The position numbers and the translations under genes were made by a program. Shown piece by piece: positions 1 through 10,380 of a stretch of 32,000 nt of DNA. The DNA is from Demequinaceae bacterium (lineage in GTDB: Bacteria > Actinomycetota > Actinomycetes > Actinomycetales > Demequinaceae): contig OZ252279.1 of NCBI GenBank assembly GCA_965250005.1, positions 540,001 to 572,000 of the forward strand, in the 5' to 3' direction. Each line of letters opens with the position of its first letter. Position 1 is the first letter of the stretch. The notes beneath the pieces were generated by a model. The model was not told the DNA's origin, did no database searches, and was given only the letters and a program-made list of their open reading frames with translations.

Positions 1-696
<696 letters not shown>

Positions 697-717
697 TTAA
701 AGGATGTCTATCGACCG

Positions 718-1164
718 TCACTCTACCGGAGCGTCGGCCCCCGGCTTGACGTCCGCGCCGTCAGGCTCGAGGCCCGCGATCGCGCCAAGCACGCCGTTCA
801 GATAGCCGGGCGAATCGTCCGTGCTCAGTGCGGCGGCGAGCTCAATGGCCTCGGAAACGGCCACAGCCGCGGGGACGTCGTCGTTCCACCGGATTTCCCA
901 CGTGGCAATGCGCGCGAGTGCGCGGTCGACGGCGGGCATCCGGTCGACGGACCGCGACAGAGACGCCGGCGCAAGGATCGCCTCAATCTCGGCCCAGTGC
1001 GCGGTAATGCCACGCACGATGCTCTTGGAATACTCGGGCAGAGCGGTCTGGGCGCCGGAATCCTTCAACCGTTCCTCGAGCACGGTGAGAACGTTTGCTC
1101 GGCGCTGGTCGGCTTCGAACAGCACGTCTAATGCGCGCTTGCGAGCCTTGGTGCGAGCGGCCAC
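718..1164 (-). CDS. nusB: Transcription antitermination protein NusB
   Basis: MAARTKARKRALDVLFEADQR...YLNGVLGAI; sits next to efp as in other actinobacteria. GTG start shares one nucleotide with the efp stop (TAGTG). Confidence 0.93.
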   Translation of the reverse strand: MAARTKARKRALDVLFEADQRRANVLTVLEERLKDSGAQTALPEYSKSIVRGITAHWAEIEAILAPASLSRSVDRMPAVDRALARIATWEIRWNDDVPAAVAVSEAIELAAALSTDDSPGYLNGVLGAIAGLEPDGADVKPGADAPVE

Positions 1165-1727
1165 TAGTCGTTGACGCGCGAGACGTAGTCGCCGTTGCGA
1201 GTGTCCACCTTGACCTTGTTGCCTTCTTCGACGAAGAGCGGCACGTGGATCTCCAGGCCCGTCTCTACTGTCGCGGGCTTGGTGCCGCCGGAAGAGCGGT
1301 CGCCCTGAAGCCCGGGCTCCGTGTACGTCACTGTGAGAACGACGGACGCCGCAAGCTCGATGAAGATCGGATTGCCGTTGTGTAGGCCGAGGACCACGTT
1401 CGAGTTCTCTAGAAGGAAGTTCTTCGCGTCGCCCATAATCTCGGGCGTAACGGTGGTCTGCTCAAAACCTTCTGGGTCCATGAAGATGTAGTCCGTACCG
1501 TCGTTGTAGAGGTACTGCATGGTGCGCCGGTCCACGGTCTCGAACTCCACCTTCGCGCCCGCGTTGAACGTCTTGTCGACAACTTTGCCCGAGAGCACAT
1601 TCTTCATCTTGGTGCGTACGAACGCGCCACCCTTGCCGGGCTTGACGTGCTGAAAGCCGATGACGGACCACAACTGTCCGTCGAGGTTGAGCACGGAGCC
1701 GTTCTTGATGTCGTTCGAGGAAGCCAC
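1164..1727 (-). CDS. efp: Elongation factor P
   Basis: [43 protein letters not shown]...; C-terminal [32 protein letters not shown] start at 1727 preferred over the ORF-track start at 1760 because AAGGA lies about 8 nt upstream and homologs begin at this position. Confidence 0.96.
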   Translation of the reverse strand: MASSNDIKNGSVLNLDGQLWSVIGFQHVKPGKGGAFVRTKMKNVLSGKVVDKTFNAGAKVEFETVDRRTMQYLYNDGTDYIFMDPEGFEQTTVTPEIMGDAKNFLLENSNVVLGLHNGNPIFIELAASVVLTVTYTEPGLQGDRSSGGTKPATVETGLEIHVPLFVEEGNKVKVDTRNGDYVSRVND

Positions 1728-1842
1728 GAGATGTCCTTGTTTGTCGATGAATGCGCTCAAGGCGCGGGACCGGGGGCAAGTCTAACGGACGGGGCGTGGA
1801 ACCAGGCTCGGCCTATGCTTCCCGCGGTGCCGTGGCCCGGGG

Positions 1843-2289
1843 TCAGCTACCGAGACGGGCCGCGACAGCCTCGAGAGCGAGCCGGTACCCGTCGATCCCG
1901 AAGCCAGCGATCATTCCCGTTGCGACACCGGAGACGACGCTCGTGTGACGGAACTCCTCGCGCGCATGCACGTTGGTGATGTGCACTTCGACCAGGGCGA
2001 GCCCGGCGCCGGTCACGAGCGCGCATGCGTCGCGAAGCGCGTACGAGTAGTGAGTGAATGCGGCGGGATTGATCACAACCTGCTCTCCCGCGTCGATCGC
2101 CCCGTGCAGCCACCCGACCAATTCGGCCTCGTCGTCGGTCTGGCGGACAACCACCTCGAGCCCGAGGTCGCTCCCCCACTGCATCGCCTGTGCGGCTAGT
2201 TCATCGTGGGTGGTGCTGCCGTACTTTTCGGGCTCACGCGATCCGAGGCGCCCGAGGTTGGGTCCGTTGAGGACGAGTACCGGTGTCAT
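1843..2289 (-). CDS. aroQ: 3-dehydroquinate dehydratase, type II
   Basis: MTPVLVLNGPNLGRLGSREPEKYG...VINPAAFTHYSYALRDA...EVHITNVHAREEFRHTSVVS, type II DHQase signatures. Confidence 0.96.
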   Translation of the reverse strand: MTPVLVLNGPNLGRLGSREPEKYGSTTHDELAAQAMQWGSDLGLEVVVRQTDDEAELVGWLHGAIDAGEQVVINPAAFTHYSYALRDACALVTGAGLALVEVHITNVHAREEFRHTSVVSGVATGMIAGFGIDGYRLALEAVAARLGS

Positions 2290-2327
2290 GCGCCAAGCCT
2301 AATGGCGGCGCGCCGCCATCCGGGTAG

Positions 2328-3461
2328 CTACGCGCTGACGGCGGCGTACGCGGCCGCGAGCAGTGCGGGGTCGGGCCCCTCGAGCCGCGACGGCTTGCCC
2401 AACGCGTCGAGCACCACAAAGCGCAGCATCGCGCCGCGTGTCTTCTTGTCTCGCCGCATCGCCAGGCTCAGTTGCTCCCAGCGGCCAGCCATGTAGGTGG
2501 TGGGCAGGCCCAGGCCCTTGAGCACCGAGCGGTGGCGATCCACCCCGGCATCGTCCAACTTGCCCGCGAGCCGCGCGAGCTCAGCCGCGAACACCATGCC
2601 GACTGACACGGCCGCCCCGTGCCGCCACTGGTAACGCTCGTTGTATTCGATTGCGTGTGCAAACGTGTGTCCGTAATTGAGGATTTCCCGCAGGCCCGCC
2701 TCTTTGAGGTCAGACGACACCACGTCCGCCTTGACCTGTATCGCGCGCACCATGAGTTCCTCGAGCACGGGAAGCGCCGCCGATTCGAGCAGACGAACGT
2801 CTGCATCGGTGTCGCCCCTCGCGCCTACCTGCTCGCCTGCGGCGCTCAGGAGTTCGAGGTTCTCTTCCACCAGATCGAGAATTGTGAGGTCGCGAATGAA
2901 TCCGGCTTTGACCACCTCGGCCAGCCCGGCGACGAGGTCGTGCCTGGGCAGCGTGCGCAGGTAGGAGGTGTCGCACCAGACGGCTAGCGGTTCGTGAAAT
3001 GCGCCCACCAAGTTCTTGCCCTCTGCCGTGTTGATACCGGTTTTGCCGCCGACCGCGGCATCGACCATCGCCAGCAGCGTGGTGGGCACCTGAATGACCT
3101 TGATCCCGCGAAGCCACGACGCTGCGACGAAGCCGGCGAGGTCGGTGACCGCGCCGCCGCCCAGCCCCATCACGACGTCCGAGCGCGTGAACTCGGACTG
3201 GCCGAGCACTCCCCAGCAGAACGACAGCACCTCTGCCGTCTTGCCAGCCTCGGCATCCGGCACTTCGGCTGAAACAACCGTGCGGCCCGATACCTCGATG
3301 AGCGCCTTAATGGTGTTTACGCTCGCGATCATCGGCGACGAGTGGACAATGAGCACTCGCTCGGCGGCGTTCGGTATGCCAGCGACAACGTCGCCCGCGA
3401 GCTCGGACCCCACCGTCACCGTGTACGGCGACGGCCCACGCACCTCAATGGTCGCGCTCAC
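2328..3461 (-). CDS. aroB: 3-dehydroquinate synthase
   Basis: VVMGLGGGAVTDLAGFVAASWLRGI..., AAVGGKTGINTAEGKNLVGAFHEP, LREILNYGHTFAHAIEY. Confidence 0.97.
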   Translation of the reverse strand: MSATIEVRGPSPYTVTVGSELAGDVVAGIPNAAERVLIVHSSPMIASVNTIKALIEVSGRTVVSAEVPDAEAGKTAEVLSFCWGVLGQSEFTRSDVVMGLGGGAVTDLAGFVAASWLRGIKVIQVPTTLLAMVDAAVGGKTGINTAEGKNLVGAFHEPLAVWCDTSYLRTLPRHDLVAGLAEVVKAGFIRDLTILDLVEENLELLSAAGEQVGARGDTDADVRLLESAALPVLEELMVRAIQVKADVVSSDLKEAGLREILNYGHTFAHAIEYNERYQWRHGAAVSVGMVFAAELARLAGKLDDAGVDRHRSVLKGLGLPTTYMAGRWEQLSLAMRRDKKTRGAMLRFVVLDALGKPSRLEGPDPALLAAAYAAVSA

Positions 3462-3982
3462 GCGTCAGTCACCGCCTCAGCGATCTGGCGGGCCGCGTCC
3501 TCGGGCGTCACTCCATCAGTCTTGACCGTCAGCGTCGCGAGGCGCTCGTACACTGCGCGCCTCGCCTCCATGAGCGCGGCCCATGCCTGGCGCGGGTTTC
3601 CCACCAGCAGTGGGCGCGACGCATTGAAGCCCACGCGAGGAGCCGCGGCGGCAAGGCTGACATCGAGGAAGACCACGGCGCCTCCGTTGTCCGCGTACTC
3701 CGACAGTTCCACTTGGGTTTCCACGTTGAGAATGGCGCCCCCACCGAGCGCCAGGACTCCGTCGTGCTCGACCACGGCTCGCTTAACCGCGTCGCGCTCA
3801 ACGCGCCTGAACTCGTCCTCGCCGTCGTCGATGAAAATGGACGGGATGTCTCTTCCTACCGCGGTCTCGATGTCCGAGTCCGTGTCGCGGGCGCGCACGC
3901 CCCAGATTTCCGCAAGAGCCGCCGCGACTGTCGACTTGCCCGCGCCCGGCGGCCCAATGAGCACTGCCCGAGGTGAGGACAT
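3458..3982 (-). CDS. aroK: Shikimate kinase
   Basis: Walker A GPPGAGKST; DTDSDIE; LALGGGAIL; SRPLL. 4-nt overlap with aroB. Confidence 0.95.
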   Translation of the reverse strand: MSSPRAVLIGPPGAGKSTVAAALAEIWGVRARDTDSDIETAVGRDIPSIFIDDGEDEFRRVERDAVKRAVVEHDGVLALGGGAILNVETQVELSEYADNGGAVVFLDVSLAAAAPRVGFNASRPLLVGNPRQAWAALMEARRAVYERLATLTVKTDGVTPEDAARQIAEAVTDA

Positions 3983-5170
3983 CTACTTCAAGTTCTCCGG
4001 AATCGCGGACTGGTAGGACTCAATGTTGCGCTTGACCTCGGTTACTGAGTCGCCGCCGAACTTTTCGAGCACCGCGTCCGCAAGGGTGAGCGCGACCATC
4101 GCCTGCGCGACCACCGCCGCCGGTGGCACCGCGCACACGTCGCTGCGTTGATGGTTGGCCTTCGCCGCCTTTCCTGTGGACGTATCAATGGTGTCGAGAG
4201 CGTTCGGAACAGTGCTGATGGGCTTCATCGCAGCGCGAACGCGTAGTGGGGTGCCGTTGCTCATGCCGCCCTCCACTCCTCCGGCGCGGTTTGATCGCCG
4301 CGCAACTCCGCCGCCGGCTGCATACTCGATCTCGTCGTGAGCAGCAGAACCCCGGCGCGCTGCAGTCCGGAAGCCATCACCAAACTCGACGCCCTTGATG
4401 GCCTGGATCCCCATCAGTGCGCCAGCAAGCCGCGCGTCCAGCCTGCGGTCCCAGTGGACATGGCTGCCGAGACCCACGGGAAGGCCATGGGCGACAACCT
4501 CAACTACGCCGCCCAGGGTGTCCCCGTCCTTCTGGCACTGGTCGATTTCGGCAACCATCGCAGTGGAGGTTTCCGCGTGGAAGCAGCGCACCATGTCCGC
4601 GTCGAGCGCTGCGGTGTCGGAGAACTCGGGTACCGGCGCGTTTTCGGGAACAGAGATCGTGCCGAGCGCGACGACGTGGGACACCAGCTCGATACCCGCC
4701 GCCTGCGAGAGGAACGCCTCAGCGACGGTACCGAGCGCCACGCGAGCAGCGGTCTCCCGCGCCGACGCGCGCTCGAGGATCGGCCGCGCGTCATCGAAGC
4801 CGTACTTGGTCATCCCCACAAGGTCAGCGTGCCCCGGGCGCGGGCGGGTGAGCGCGGCTGCTCGCGCGCCCTTCATTTCCGCGGCATCCACCGGGTCAAC
4901 GGACATGACGGTTTCCCACTTGGGCCACTCGGTGTTTCCCACCTCGATGGCGACGGGGCCGCCTTGCGTCACTCCGTGCCGGACCCCGCTCAACACACGG
5001 ACGGCGTCCTTCTCAAATGCCATGCGTGCGCCGCGCCCGTAACCGAGCCTGCGACGCGCGAGCGCGTCCTGAATGTTGGTCGTCGTCACCTCGACGCCAG
5101 CAGGCAGCCCCTCCAGGGTGCCTACCAGCGCGGGGCCGTGCGATTCTCCAGCGGTGAGCCATCTGAGCAT
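3983..5170 (-). CDS. aroC: Chorismate synthase
   Basis: [25 protein letters not shown]..., [32 protein letters not shown]. Confidence 0.97.
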   Translation of the reverse strand: MLRWLTAGESHGPALVGTLEGLPAGVEVTTTNIQDALARRRLGYGRGARMAFEKDAVRVLSGVRHGVTQGGPVAIEVGNTEWPKWETVMSVDPVDAAEMKGARAAALTRPRPGHADLVGMTKYGFDDARPILERASARETAARVALGTVAEAFLSQAAGIELVSHVVALGTISVPENAPVPEFSDTAALDADMVRCFHAETSTAMVAEIDQCQKDGDTLGGVVEVVAHGLPVGLGSHVHWDRRLDARLAGALMGIQAIKGVEFGDGFRTAARRGSAAHDEIEYAAGGGVARRSNRAGGVEGGMSNGTPLRVRAAMKPISTVPNALDTIDTSTGKAAKANHQRSDVCAVPPAAVVAQAMVALTLADAVLEKFGGDSVTEVKRNIESYQSAIPENLK

Positions 5171-5230
5171 GCGGTTATTCTTTCACGAGAGCGCGCACAC
5201 AACCAACGGCTCGCCCACGCTGCGTACGGA

Positions 5231-6010
5231 CTACGAGTTGCCAATCGGAATGAAGAAGTTGCGGTCGTTGGGTTCCGGCTCGGGCTCGGGCGAAGCGCTC
5301 GGATCCGGGCTGGGCTCGGGCGACGGACTCACCGTCGGCTCTGGTTCCGGCCGCACCTGGATTTCCGGGTTTCCATAGTCAAGAGTGAAGAAGAACCCGC
5401 TCACCACAAGCCGCAAATCACCGGCGTCAAGAGAGACACCGAGGTCTTCCACGGACTCCGTGACCGCCGTGACCGCGAATGCCGTAACAAGGAAGTACTG
5501 ATGATCTCCCAGCTGCAGCGAGTTCATGAGTCCCAGAATCTGCTCTCGCGTGCCAGCGGTGGTGAGGTTGACCTGAGTGGCAATGACGCCCGTGAACGCG
5601 AGGCCGTCAACTTGTGAGACCAGACCCACCTCTGCCGCTGGAATGGCGAGCGAGATTCGGGGAGTGACGGTTTGAATGCTCCCAATCTCTTCAGCGAAGA
5701 TCACCAGGTCATTTTCCTCAAACAACTCGAATAGCAAGCGGCGAAGTTCCGGGATTTCGCGCTCGGCGGGAAGGTCATCTCGAATTTCGTAGATTTCTTC
5801 GCGGTACTGCGGAATCTGTTCAGCGTCTGCGATTCGTTTGGCGAGGCTCAACTCGAGTTGGAAATTGGAGTCCTCCTGTGCAATGCGCGCCTCCTCGGCG
5901 TCTGCCGCGCGCGCGAACCTCGGGCCGATGCCCAGCATCCACGTGACGAGGGCCAGAATCACCGCGAGAGCAATAACTCCTCCGACTAGCACACCGTTTG
6001 AACCTCTCAT
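5231..6010 (-). CDS. PilO-like type IV pilus inner-membrane assembly protein with Pro/Glu/Ser-rich C-terminal tail
   Basis: Short cytoplasmic N-terminus, one TM (GVLVGGVIALAVILALVTWML), coiled region, ferredoxin-like C-terminal domain. Directly follows PilN-like and PilM genes. Tail ...PEPEPTVSPSPEPSPDPSASPEPEPEPNDRNFFIPIGNS. Confidence 0.75.
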   Translation of the reverse strand: MRGSNGVLVGGVIALAVILALVTWMLGIGPRFARAADAEEARIAQEDSNFQLELSLAKRIADAEQIPQYREEIYEIRDDLPAEREIPELRRLLFELFEENDLVIFAEEIGSIQTVTPRISLAIPAAEVGLVSQVDGLAFTGVIATQVNLTTAGTREQILGLMNSLQLGDHQYFLVTAFAVTAVTESVEDLGVSLDAGDLRLVVSGFFFTLDYGNPEIQVRPEPEPTVSPSPEPSPDPSASPEPEPEPNDRNFFIPIGNS

Positions 6011-6984
6011 GCCGATGCCTCCTCGTTGGCGCTAGGGCTTGGTGAGGGCTCGGGGGCCACTCCGCCGCCAGCAAGCGCCGCAACAGCCTCGGCTGCCTTC
6101 GCCTCGGTAAACTGGATCAATGCGTCTTCAGCGTCTTGAAGAGCCTCTGCGGCGGCTGCGAGAACTGTCTCCGCTACCGCGAGCGTGGCCTGCGCCTCCG
6201 CTACGCCTTGATCTGCCTCGATCGCGGCTGTCAGAATCGCAGCCGCGGTTGCCACAGATACCGTCGCAAGTTCGACCTCTTCGGAGGCCTCCACAATAGC
6301 CTCACGGTAGATTTCGCGCTCGTTCCACGCGTCGCTAAACCGACCGGACAGTGCGACAGCGGTAATGCGGACAGACCCGCTGAACGTGTAATACTCGTCT
6401 TCCTCTACCTGGCGAGCCGCGCCAGGGATTGTCGTTCGGGCCAAGCCTGGTACTGAATTGAGCGCCTCTTCAAGGTCAGCAATGTTTGGGTATTCCAGGC
6501 TGCGGCCGCTGAAAGACAGGACGCCAATATCGGGGGCCGAGAATGGCCCCGCTTCTTGGCCCGCAACCACAAACGGCGTCGTTGGCAACCAGGTCAAGCC
6601 CTGGAGACTCACCGATTCGGGCATCGCGCGCGTAAGCCCGGTGATCAAATCGGACATGAGAATCTCTGTTCCGCCAAGGTAGAGTCGTGCGCTCTTCGCA
6701 TTCAGGAGCTCGGCCTGAATCACGGGGACGTGGTCGTACAACGCGATCTCGTCGTTGAGGGCCTGCGTCTTCGCATTTTCGAGTGCGAGCCTATCTTCCG
6801 CGGATCTCGCCTGCAGTTCGGTAAATCCAACCAACGCCACCAGCAACACAATGAACATTACGAACGCAACGATAATCAGTGCGCGACTGCGTCCCTTCGC
6901 ACGCCTGCTCTCGACCTCTGGCGGGATGAGGTTGACCTGTGGCGCAGCAGGAGCCTTGACGGAATCTGGGACTGTAGTGGTCAT
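6007..6984 (-). CDS. PilN-like type IV pilus assembly protein
   Basis: MTTTVPDSVKAPAAPQVNLIPPEVESRR (conserved NLLP/NLIP-type N-terminal motif), single TM (ALIIVAFVMFIVLLVALVGF), PilN-like periplasmic/exofacial region. Overlaps both the PilM and PilO genes by 4 nt. Confidence 0.8.
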   Translation of the reverse strand: MTTTVPDSVKAPAAPQVNLIPPEVESRRAKGRSRALIIVAFVMFIVLLVALVGFTELQARSAEDRLALENAKTQALNDEIALYDHVPVIQAELLNAKSARLYLGGTEILMSDLITGLTRAMPESVSLQGLTWLPTTPFVVAGQEAGPFSAPDIGVLSFSGRSLEYPNIADLEEALNSVPGLARTTIPGAARQVEEDEYYTFSGSVRITAVALSGRFSDAWNEREIYREAIVEASEEVELATVSVATAAAILTAAIEADQGVAEAQATLAVAETVLAAAAEALQDAEDALIQFTEAKAAEAVAALAGGGVAPEPSPSPSANEEASA

Positions 6985-8045
6985 GCGCCAACCTCCCCAA
7001 AAGCGAGTCCTATACAGATCGGTACGAGGGACGCACGTCCGTCGGCCAGGTCGCTGCGTACGCGACCGGAGACCTTCACCCGCGCCAGCCCGTCGCCAAA
7101 ACTTACGGGTAGACGGCTCGCGCTCGCAAGATACTGGCCCAACCCAGGAAGATGAGCGCCACCACCGGTCAGTACCACGTGCTGGATCGCGCCGCCCGGG
7201 TTGTTCCCTGCGTAGTAAACGAACGTATTGCGGATCGCCTCAACGAGGGTCCGAGAAGTCGTGGTGAGCGCCTCGGCGCCAAGCTTGTATTCCTCTGCGA
7301 CGGCAAAACCGATGCCGATTTCACGCTTGAGCTGTTCGGCATCCTGCGTGGAGACCTGCAATGCGCTTGCGACCGCATCGGTCGCGTCCTGGCCTCCGGA
7401 CGGAAGGGTGCGAACGAACCGCGGTGCACCGTCGGAGACCACAAGCACGTTGGTCGTGCGCGCGCCTATGTCAACGAAAGCGACGGTCTTTCCGCCCCAG
7501 TCGCCCGTTGCTTGCGCGCGGTATAGCGCAAATGCGTTTAGGTCGACCATCGTGGGCCGGAGTCCAGCAGACTCGATCGCGAGGACGTGCGTCGCAACTG
7601 TTGCTTTTGGTGCGGCGACAATAATGCCGCGCAGCGCGCGACCACCGGTCTCCGCATCGACCTCGGCCGTTGGGAAAAAGTCGAGGAGCGCCTCGTCCGT
7701 CGACATGGGGAGCATTTCCCCTACTTGAAACGGCAGCGACTGTCGGAGTTGCCCCATGGGCAACGACGGAATCTCGAGCTCGCGAACCACCACGCGCTGA
7801 CTGCCGACTCCTGAAATCACGTGTTTGCTGGAGAACTTGCCCTTGGTCCAAAGTCTTTTTAGAACGGACGCGACCGATTGGATTTCGTGAATCTCGCCGT
7901 CGCCAACGGCGCCTGCGGGGAGCGCCAACTCAGCGTACCTGACCAGCGTGGCTGATCCGGTCGCGGGCCCTCGGCCGGAGAATTCGACCTCGGCGGCGCG
8001 CACGTGCGTCGTGCCGATATCTAGGCCAACCTGACGTGTCGCCAC
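6981..8045 (-). CDS. pilM: Type IV pilus assembly ATPase-fold protein PilM
   Basis: VGLDIGTTHVRAAEVEF, FVDIGARTTNVLVV, VLTGGGAHLPGLGQYLA: actin-like (FtsA/PilM) fold motifs; in the pil cluster. Confidence 0.9.
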   Translation of the reverse strand: MATRQVGLDIGTTHVRAAEVEFSGRGPATGSATLVRYAELALPAGAVGDGEIHEIQSVASVLKRLWTKGKFSSKHVISGVGSQRVVVRELEIPSLPMGQLRQSLPFQVGEMLPMSTDEALLDFFPTAEVDAETGGRALRGIIVAAPKATVATHVLAIESAGLRPTMVDLNAFALYRAQATGDWGGKTVAFVDIGARTTNVLVVSDGAPRFVRTLPSGGQDATDAVASALQVSTQDAEQLKREIGIGFAVAEEYKLGAEALTTTSRTLVEAIRNTFVYYAGNNPGGAIQHVVLTGGGAHLPGLGQYLASASRLPVSFGDGLARVKVSGRVRSDLADGRASLVPICIGLAFGEVGA

Positions 8046-8109
8046 GGCGCTCCCTTCATAGATTCCGTCTCATCAGACTATCGGCAGTATCACAGGCTGT
8101 CCTTAGCAA

Positions 8110-8883
8110 TCAGGTGATGAGTTTGAGGTATATATCACCTATCGCGGGCCCCGCTAGGTAGCCTGTCCAGGCAGCCACAATCAGCGCGGGTCCATAAGGT
8201 ACCTGCGACTTGCGGCGAAGTCTGCCCAATAGGAGACCCACAATAGCGGCAACTCCGCCGATCATCGGGCCAAGGAATCCGCCTACGGCCAGTTCTGCAT
8301 AACCCAGGTAGCCCGCCGCCATTCCAAGCAAGCCTGCGGTCTTCACGTCGCCGAACCCCATGCCTTTGGGGTAGATCAGCCACGCGAGGCCGTAATAACC
8401 GCCCCATGCGGCAAATCCAATACCGGCGCGCCCAAGATCGCCCCACGCGCCCTGAACTGCAGCATGTGCGGCTAGCGTCACTCCGAGGATCCCGTAGCTC
8501 GGAAGCACCAGCGAATTCGGAAGCCGCTTGACGTCCAAGTCGATGAAGAGCAGCGCGACGGAGACGACAGCAAGGTAGGCAAAACCCAAAGCCAAGAGCG
8601 TTAGGCCCCACGCCAAGTAGACGGCGACGAAAAGCGCGGCTACCAGGATTTCCACGAGCGGGTAGCGGCCTGAAATGGGCTCACGACAGTGCCGGCACCT
8701 CCGGCGCAGCCACAGCCACGACAACACCGGGATATTGTCGTACCAATCGATATCGTGCGCGCACCTCGGGCAATGACTTGAGCCGTTGACCCAATCTTGT
8801 CCCTTTGGGACCCGCGCAATTAGTACGTTCGTAAACGAGCCAACGATCAACCCGACCGCGACTACACCAAGTGTTTCTATCAC
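8110..8883 (-). CDS. pilD: Type IV prepilin peptidase / N-methyltransferase (PilD family)
   Basis: GSFTNVLIARVP, zinc motif CPRC...CRHC, catalytic Asp contexts LLFIDLDVKRLPN and GMGFGDVKTAGLLG, multiple TM helices. Confidence 0.94.
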   Translation of the reverse strand: MIETLGVVAVGLIVGSFTNVLIARVPKGQDWVNGSSHCPRCAHDIDWYDNIPVLSWLWLRRRCRHCREPISGRYPLVEILVAALFVAVYLAWGLTLLALGFAYLAVVSVALLFIDLDVKRLPNSLVLPSYGILGVTLAAHAAVQGAWGDLGRAGIGFAAWGGYYGLAWLIYPKGMGFGDVKTAGLLGMAAGYLGYAELAVGGFLGPMIGGVAAIVGLLLGRLRRKSQVPYGPALIVAAWTGYLAGPAIGDIYLKLIT

Positions 8884-8889
8884 TCGCGG

Positions 8890-10380
8890 CTAGAAATGCT
8901 CTTGCTTGAAGACAAGCTCTACCTCGGAACCCTCGGCGGCCTCGACCTCGCCAACGACTAGTACGTCGGTTGGCAATTCCGCGGGCGCATAGAAGAATTT
9001 CTGGTGTGCGGTGAGGTCTACTTCGCCGGCGTAAATCTGGCCGTAGGTGTAGGTGTTGTTCTTGAATTCAACCACCTTCGGCGTGTAGAGGAAGATCTCC
9101 GTCGGCGGCTCCACCGTCGAGTTAGCGCTGAAAACAAGGTTCCCGTTTGTCGAGTTGTCGGACGGCACGATCAGGTAAAGCGTGAACGCTTCGCCCGGAA
9201 CTGAACTGATGTTCAGGCGGTTCGAGCCGTGAAATGCCTCGACAAAGAGCACTGTGTCTGCCCGCAGAATGATCGAACCCTTGTTCTTGGTCTCAAGATC
9301 ACAGTGGCGCAGGTCGTACACCGCAGGCTTGGTCGTGGCGGGGATTGTGATGGTCTTGCTTCCGATCTGGCACTCGTCGCTCAGACCCGCATGGGCCTTG
9401 AACTCGGTGGCGCCAAAGTCGTCAAATTCTGGAGTCCAATCCGTTATGTCGTACTCAAGAGTCGGAAATGCGATCGGCAGGAGGTTGGGTATTCCCACAA
9501 CGTTTTCTTCAAAGGTTCCGCCGACCAGAAGTGAATTCGACGTGACCGTGCCACCGATGAGCACGTTACCGCCAACTCCGGTGTTCGGATGCTGCGGGAT
9601 CGCATTGCCCTGTCGAATGGTTACGTCGCCCTCGACGCTGTTGTACGAAAAGTTGTTCTTGCTCTTCCAGTCGTATTGCACCCAGAGATCACCCTTGATT
9701 ACACACCCGTGGTTGTCAAAGTCGGCACCGCCCTGAACGATGTACAAACTTCCACTGACGGATACACCATGCTTGCACGTCCAGTCGCCGTCGTTGACCC
9801 AAATGTCTCCGTTTTCTCCCACGACACTCGGCTCGAGGTCAAAGTTCGCGTTGACGTCAAGCCCCGCGCCCGAGAAGATCGCGGAACTTACCGACGTGCC
9901 CGTCGACTCACGCGGAGTGAGGACCACTTTGGCGCGTACAACGCGCTTGGGGTTCAGCCCGAAGAACTCTTCTTCCGGAGTCCCTGTTGCCGTCACCATG
10001 GCGCCATACGGCGTCCCCGCGATGGTGCCGCCCGCAGGGCAATCCAGCGCGTCTCCGCTTTGATCCGTATATTCGATCGTGACGTTGACGCGGACCGCGT
10101 TGTTTCCCGAGCCAATCGTCTTGTTGTTTGCAAGCGCCTCACAGGGGCTTGCTCCCTCCAACTCGAGCAGCGTGGCGTCAACAGCCGCTTCGGCGGCGTG
10201 TACCTCAGCTGTTCGCACACTGTCACGTCCGGCGTCTCGCGACACGATGATGGCTTGAGTCACGACGAGCGTTGCGAGGGATATGCCGATGAGCGCGACT
10301 GCAAGTGCAGCCACCATCGCCGATCCTCCATCACCCGAGTTTCGCAAGGATACATTGCGGTTCATAATTGCCTTTCTCAC
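8890..10380 (-). CDS. PilX-like pilus-associated protein with N-terminal hydrophobic helix and repeated beta-strand segments
   Basis: N-terminal SGDGGSAMVAALAVALIGISLATLVVTQAI followed by a PilX-like stretch, then recurrent GD-x-W/L/V-x-V-x-x-G type segments. Overlaps the preceding prepilin gene by 4 nt (GTGA). An alternative ATG start is 5 codons downstream. Confidence 0.7.
   Translation of the reverse strand: MRKAIMNRNVSLRNSGDGGSAMVAALAVALIGISLATLVVTQAIIVSRDAGRDSVRTAEVHAAEAAVDATLLELEGASPCEALANNKTIGSGNNAVRVNVTIEYTDQSGDALDCPAGGTIAGTPYGAMVTATGTPEEEFFGLNPKRVVRAKVVLTPRESTGTSVSSAIFSGAGLDVNANFDLEPSVVGENGDIWVNDGDWTCKHGVSVSGSLYIVQGGADFDNHGCVIKGDLWVQYDWKSKNNFSYNSVEGDVTIRQGNAIPQHPNTGVGGNVLIGGTVTSNSLLVGGTFEENVVGIPNLLPIAFPTLEYDITDWTPEFDDFGATEFKAHAGLSDECQIGSKTITIPATTKPAVYDLRHCDLETKNKGSIILRADTVLFVEAFHGSNRLNISSVPGEAFTLYLIVPSDNSTNGNLVFSANSTVEPPTEIFLYTPKVVEFKNNTYTYGQIYAGEVDLTAHQKFFYAPAELPTDVLVVGEVEAAEGSEVELVFKQEHF

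Noticed and set aside
4337-5617. 426-aa plus-strand ORF opposite aroC and pilO
   Set aside because: Antisense shadow of real genes in high-GC DNA. Composition is dominated by Arg/Gly/His/Val, there are no family motifs, and it spans two unrelated genes on the other strand.
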